Below, one piece after another: positions 61,793 to 64,000 of a DNA stretch of 64,000 bases. Below the pieces are notes generated by a model. That model was not told the origin of the DNA. It made no database searches and saw only the letters and a list, made by a program, of their open reading frames with translations. The DNA is taken from the NCBI GenBank assembly GCA_043228905.1, contig JBHGNT010000006.1, positions 10,912,001 through 10,976,000 on the forward strand, read 5' to 3'. The position numbers and the translations under genes were made by a program. The stretch comes from Azolla caroliniana. Its lineage: Eukaryota > Plantae > Polypodiophyta. How positions within the stretch are numbered: position 1 is the stretch's first letter; every line of letters begins with the position of its first letter.

Positions 61793-64000
61793 CTTAATTA
61801 TGTCGTGAAGATCCGTCACTACGCGCGGATCGTGAGGCGGAACCGCCGGGGTTCTGGACCAGAAGGATTTAGAGTCGATACAAGCTTTGGCGAGAAAGTA
61901 CTTAACATAGATTGGGAAAGAGAGAAGTTGAGATTACACGATCAATTTGATAACGAATTTCTTCCTCTTAATTTTCATAAAAAAACCGTGTTTTTCTCCT
62001 CCCCCTTCCCTCTTTTATAGATGCTCTCATGCATATGATGCATGTGAGGGTACAAGACATGCATAAATTGCATGTTTGCCATTTGGCGCTTAAGTATTAC
62101 ATGTGGTGCATGCTAACCATGTCACTCATTTTAGCTCTCATGGATGAGAATTTACATGTAAAAGTACAATGATAGAAATATAATTTCAACTAAATATCAT
62201 GGCTTAATGGTAAGCCATTTGACTCCTAACTTGGAGGTGCAAGGTTCGAATCCATACTTGCCCTCCTTGTATATGTACATATTTTTATATATTTATTTTA
62301 TCTAGTCGCCGGTTCGCCGGATGCCGTCGCCGGATGCCGACGCCGACGCCGGATACCGGTGCCGCATGCCGCCGCCGGATTGCGGTTGGATGTCGTCGGA
62401 TCACCGGCTCCATCGCCGGACCGGTTTTGGTTGGCCAAAACCCTTTTCGAGTAGCTAGCCACCTCCACTCTAAGTTCAACTTACCTTGAACTCTCTATGC
62501 TCCACACATAGACACAAAGATAATATCTTTTGCTCCACCTTATATATGATGAGAGCCGTATTTGTCGTGCCTATGTGGGATATCTCACAATTTTCTCTTT
62601 TCTTTTCACAAACTTTATACCCTCATATCTTGACATTTAGTTGTCTATTTCTCGTGTAATAAAGTGCATTCGAAACCTCCATCATTTTGTACTTAGATAT
62701 TAAAAATGTTATCTTCACAATTATTGTATTACGTGATTCATACTCGATTTTGTACGTTTTATGGGATTTTCACACTATTGCCGAAAATCTTCACGACACC
62801 GTGCGTGGAAGACGGGGTTCTTCGCGAGGTGGATGCTGCTAAGGTTGTCGTAGTAGATCGTCGTCGGATCGGACACCTCCACCTGCAAATCCTTAAGTAG
62901 CCGCTTCAACCATATGGCTTCGCATGTCGCAATGGCCGCTCCTCAGTACTCAGCTTCAGTGCTCGACAGTGCAACTGTCGGCTGCTTCTTGCTACTCCAC
63001 GCTATTGCGGCACTCCCAAGAGAGAACGTGTATCCGGACGTGGATCGGCGATCTGCGACATTGCCGGCCCAGTCGGCATCGGTGTAGCCGAACAACTGCG
63101 GGGCCATATTGGTCCGATATAGCAGTCCCCGGTCATTAGTGCTGCTTATGTACCGCAGTACGTGTTGCGCACACTGAAGGTGCTCCTCGGTAGGTCGCGC
63201 CATAAATTGACTGATCACCCCGATCGGGTAACTAAGATCGGGTCGGGTGATTGTCAAGTAGATAAGGCTTCCGACAATTTGTCGGAACCTTGTCGGATCG
63301 CAAACCTTGCCAGAATTGGGGCGAAGCTTCACAGTTCTATCCAGAGGAGTCGAGACGGACTTACAGTCTGCCATCCCGAATTTGAAGAGCATATTCAGGG
63401 TGTAATGACGTTGGCTGATCAGTATGCCTTTAGGGGTGTGGATCACTTCGATCCCGAGGAAGTAATGAAGGTCCCCTAGATCCTTCACGTCGAATGATGC
63501 TGCAAGCTAGAGCTTCACGTGGTTGAGTTCACCTAGGTCAGTGCCGATGATGACCAAGTCATCAACATAGAGTAAAATACTGACCGGCCCAAGTCGACCT
63601 TTCCGAATGAACAACGAGGAGTCCGATTTTGACGTCGCAAAGCCCATCCGACGCAGCCGATGCGTGATCTTTGTATTCCAGGCACGCGGGGCTTGCTTCA
63701 GTTCGTAAAGGGACTTCTTCAATCGGCACACTGCCGACGTGTTCGTTCCGGAGTGAAATCCGAGGGGTCCTCAAGCTCACCTTGCAGGAACGCATTCTTT
63801 ACATCCATTTGATGTAAGTGCCACCCCTTGGCCGCGGCTACCATGAGAAAAACACGGACAGTCGTCATCTTCGCGACCGGCGCAAATGTCTCATCGTAGT
63901 CGATGCCGTGTTTCTGCGCATAGCCTTTTGCCACTAACCGGGCCTTGTATCGGTTGACCGAGCCGTCGGTGTTGTACTTGACCTTGTGCACCCACCTACA

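Larger units (their letters stand above)
54952..62798 (-). mobile_element. Trp-lineage Gypsy copy F: best-preserved full-length copy; LTRs 54952-55889 and 61801-62798
   Basis: 4-bp TSD ccgt, PBS 61775-61792, PPT 55890-55902, highly similar LTRs. Confidence 0.97.
53851..64000 (-). mobile_element. Ty1/Copia element 2: 3' LTR 53851-54264, RH and RT; continues beyond the window; split by copy F
   Basis: [37 protein letters not shown] motifs. PPT 54265-54275. Confidence 0.93.

Overview
Plant nuclear DNA, probably from a non-seed plant such as a fern (inferred from the TE repertoire). One host gene, a three-exon clathrin light chain (minus strand, 1248-5243), is followed by about 58 kb of deeply nested retroelements: two Ty3/Gypsy chromoviruses, two Ty1/Copia elements, an RTEX/L2-like LINE, several solo LTRs and at least seven copies of one unusual non-chromovirus Gypsy lineage. 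That lineage is the best candidate for an undescribed system. It has a tRNA-Trp primer site, 4-bp target sites that all read NCGN (CpG-centred), and Gag+protease in ORF1 joined to RT-RH-INT by a conserved GGATTTT -1 frameshift site with a predicted pseudoknot. Some subfamilies also carry an antisense tRNA-like Pol III A/B-box cassette in the LTR, and an unrelated self-priming chromovirus carries a similar cassette. All alignments and folds were done by eye and no databases were searched, so novelty is unverified.
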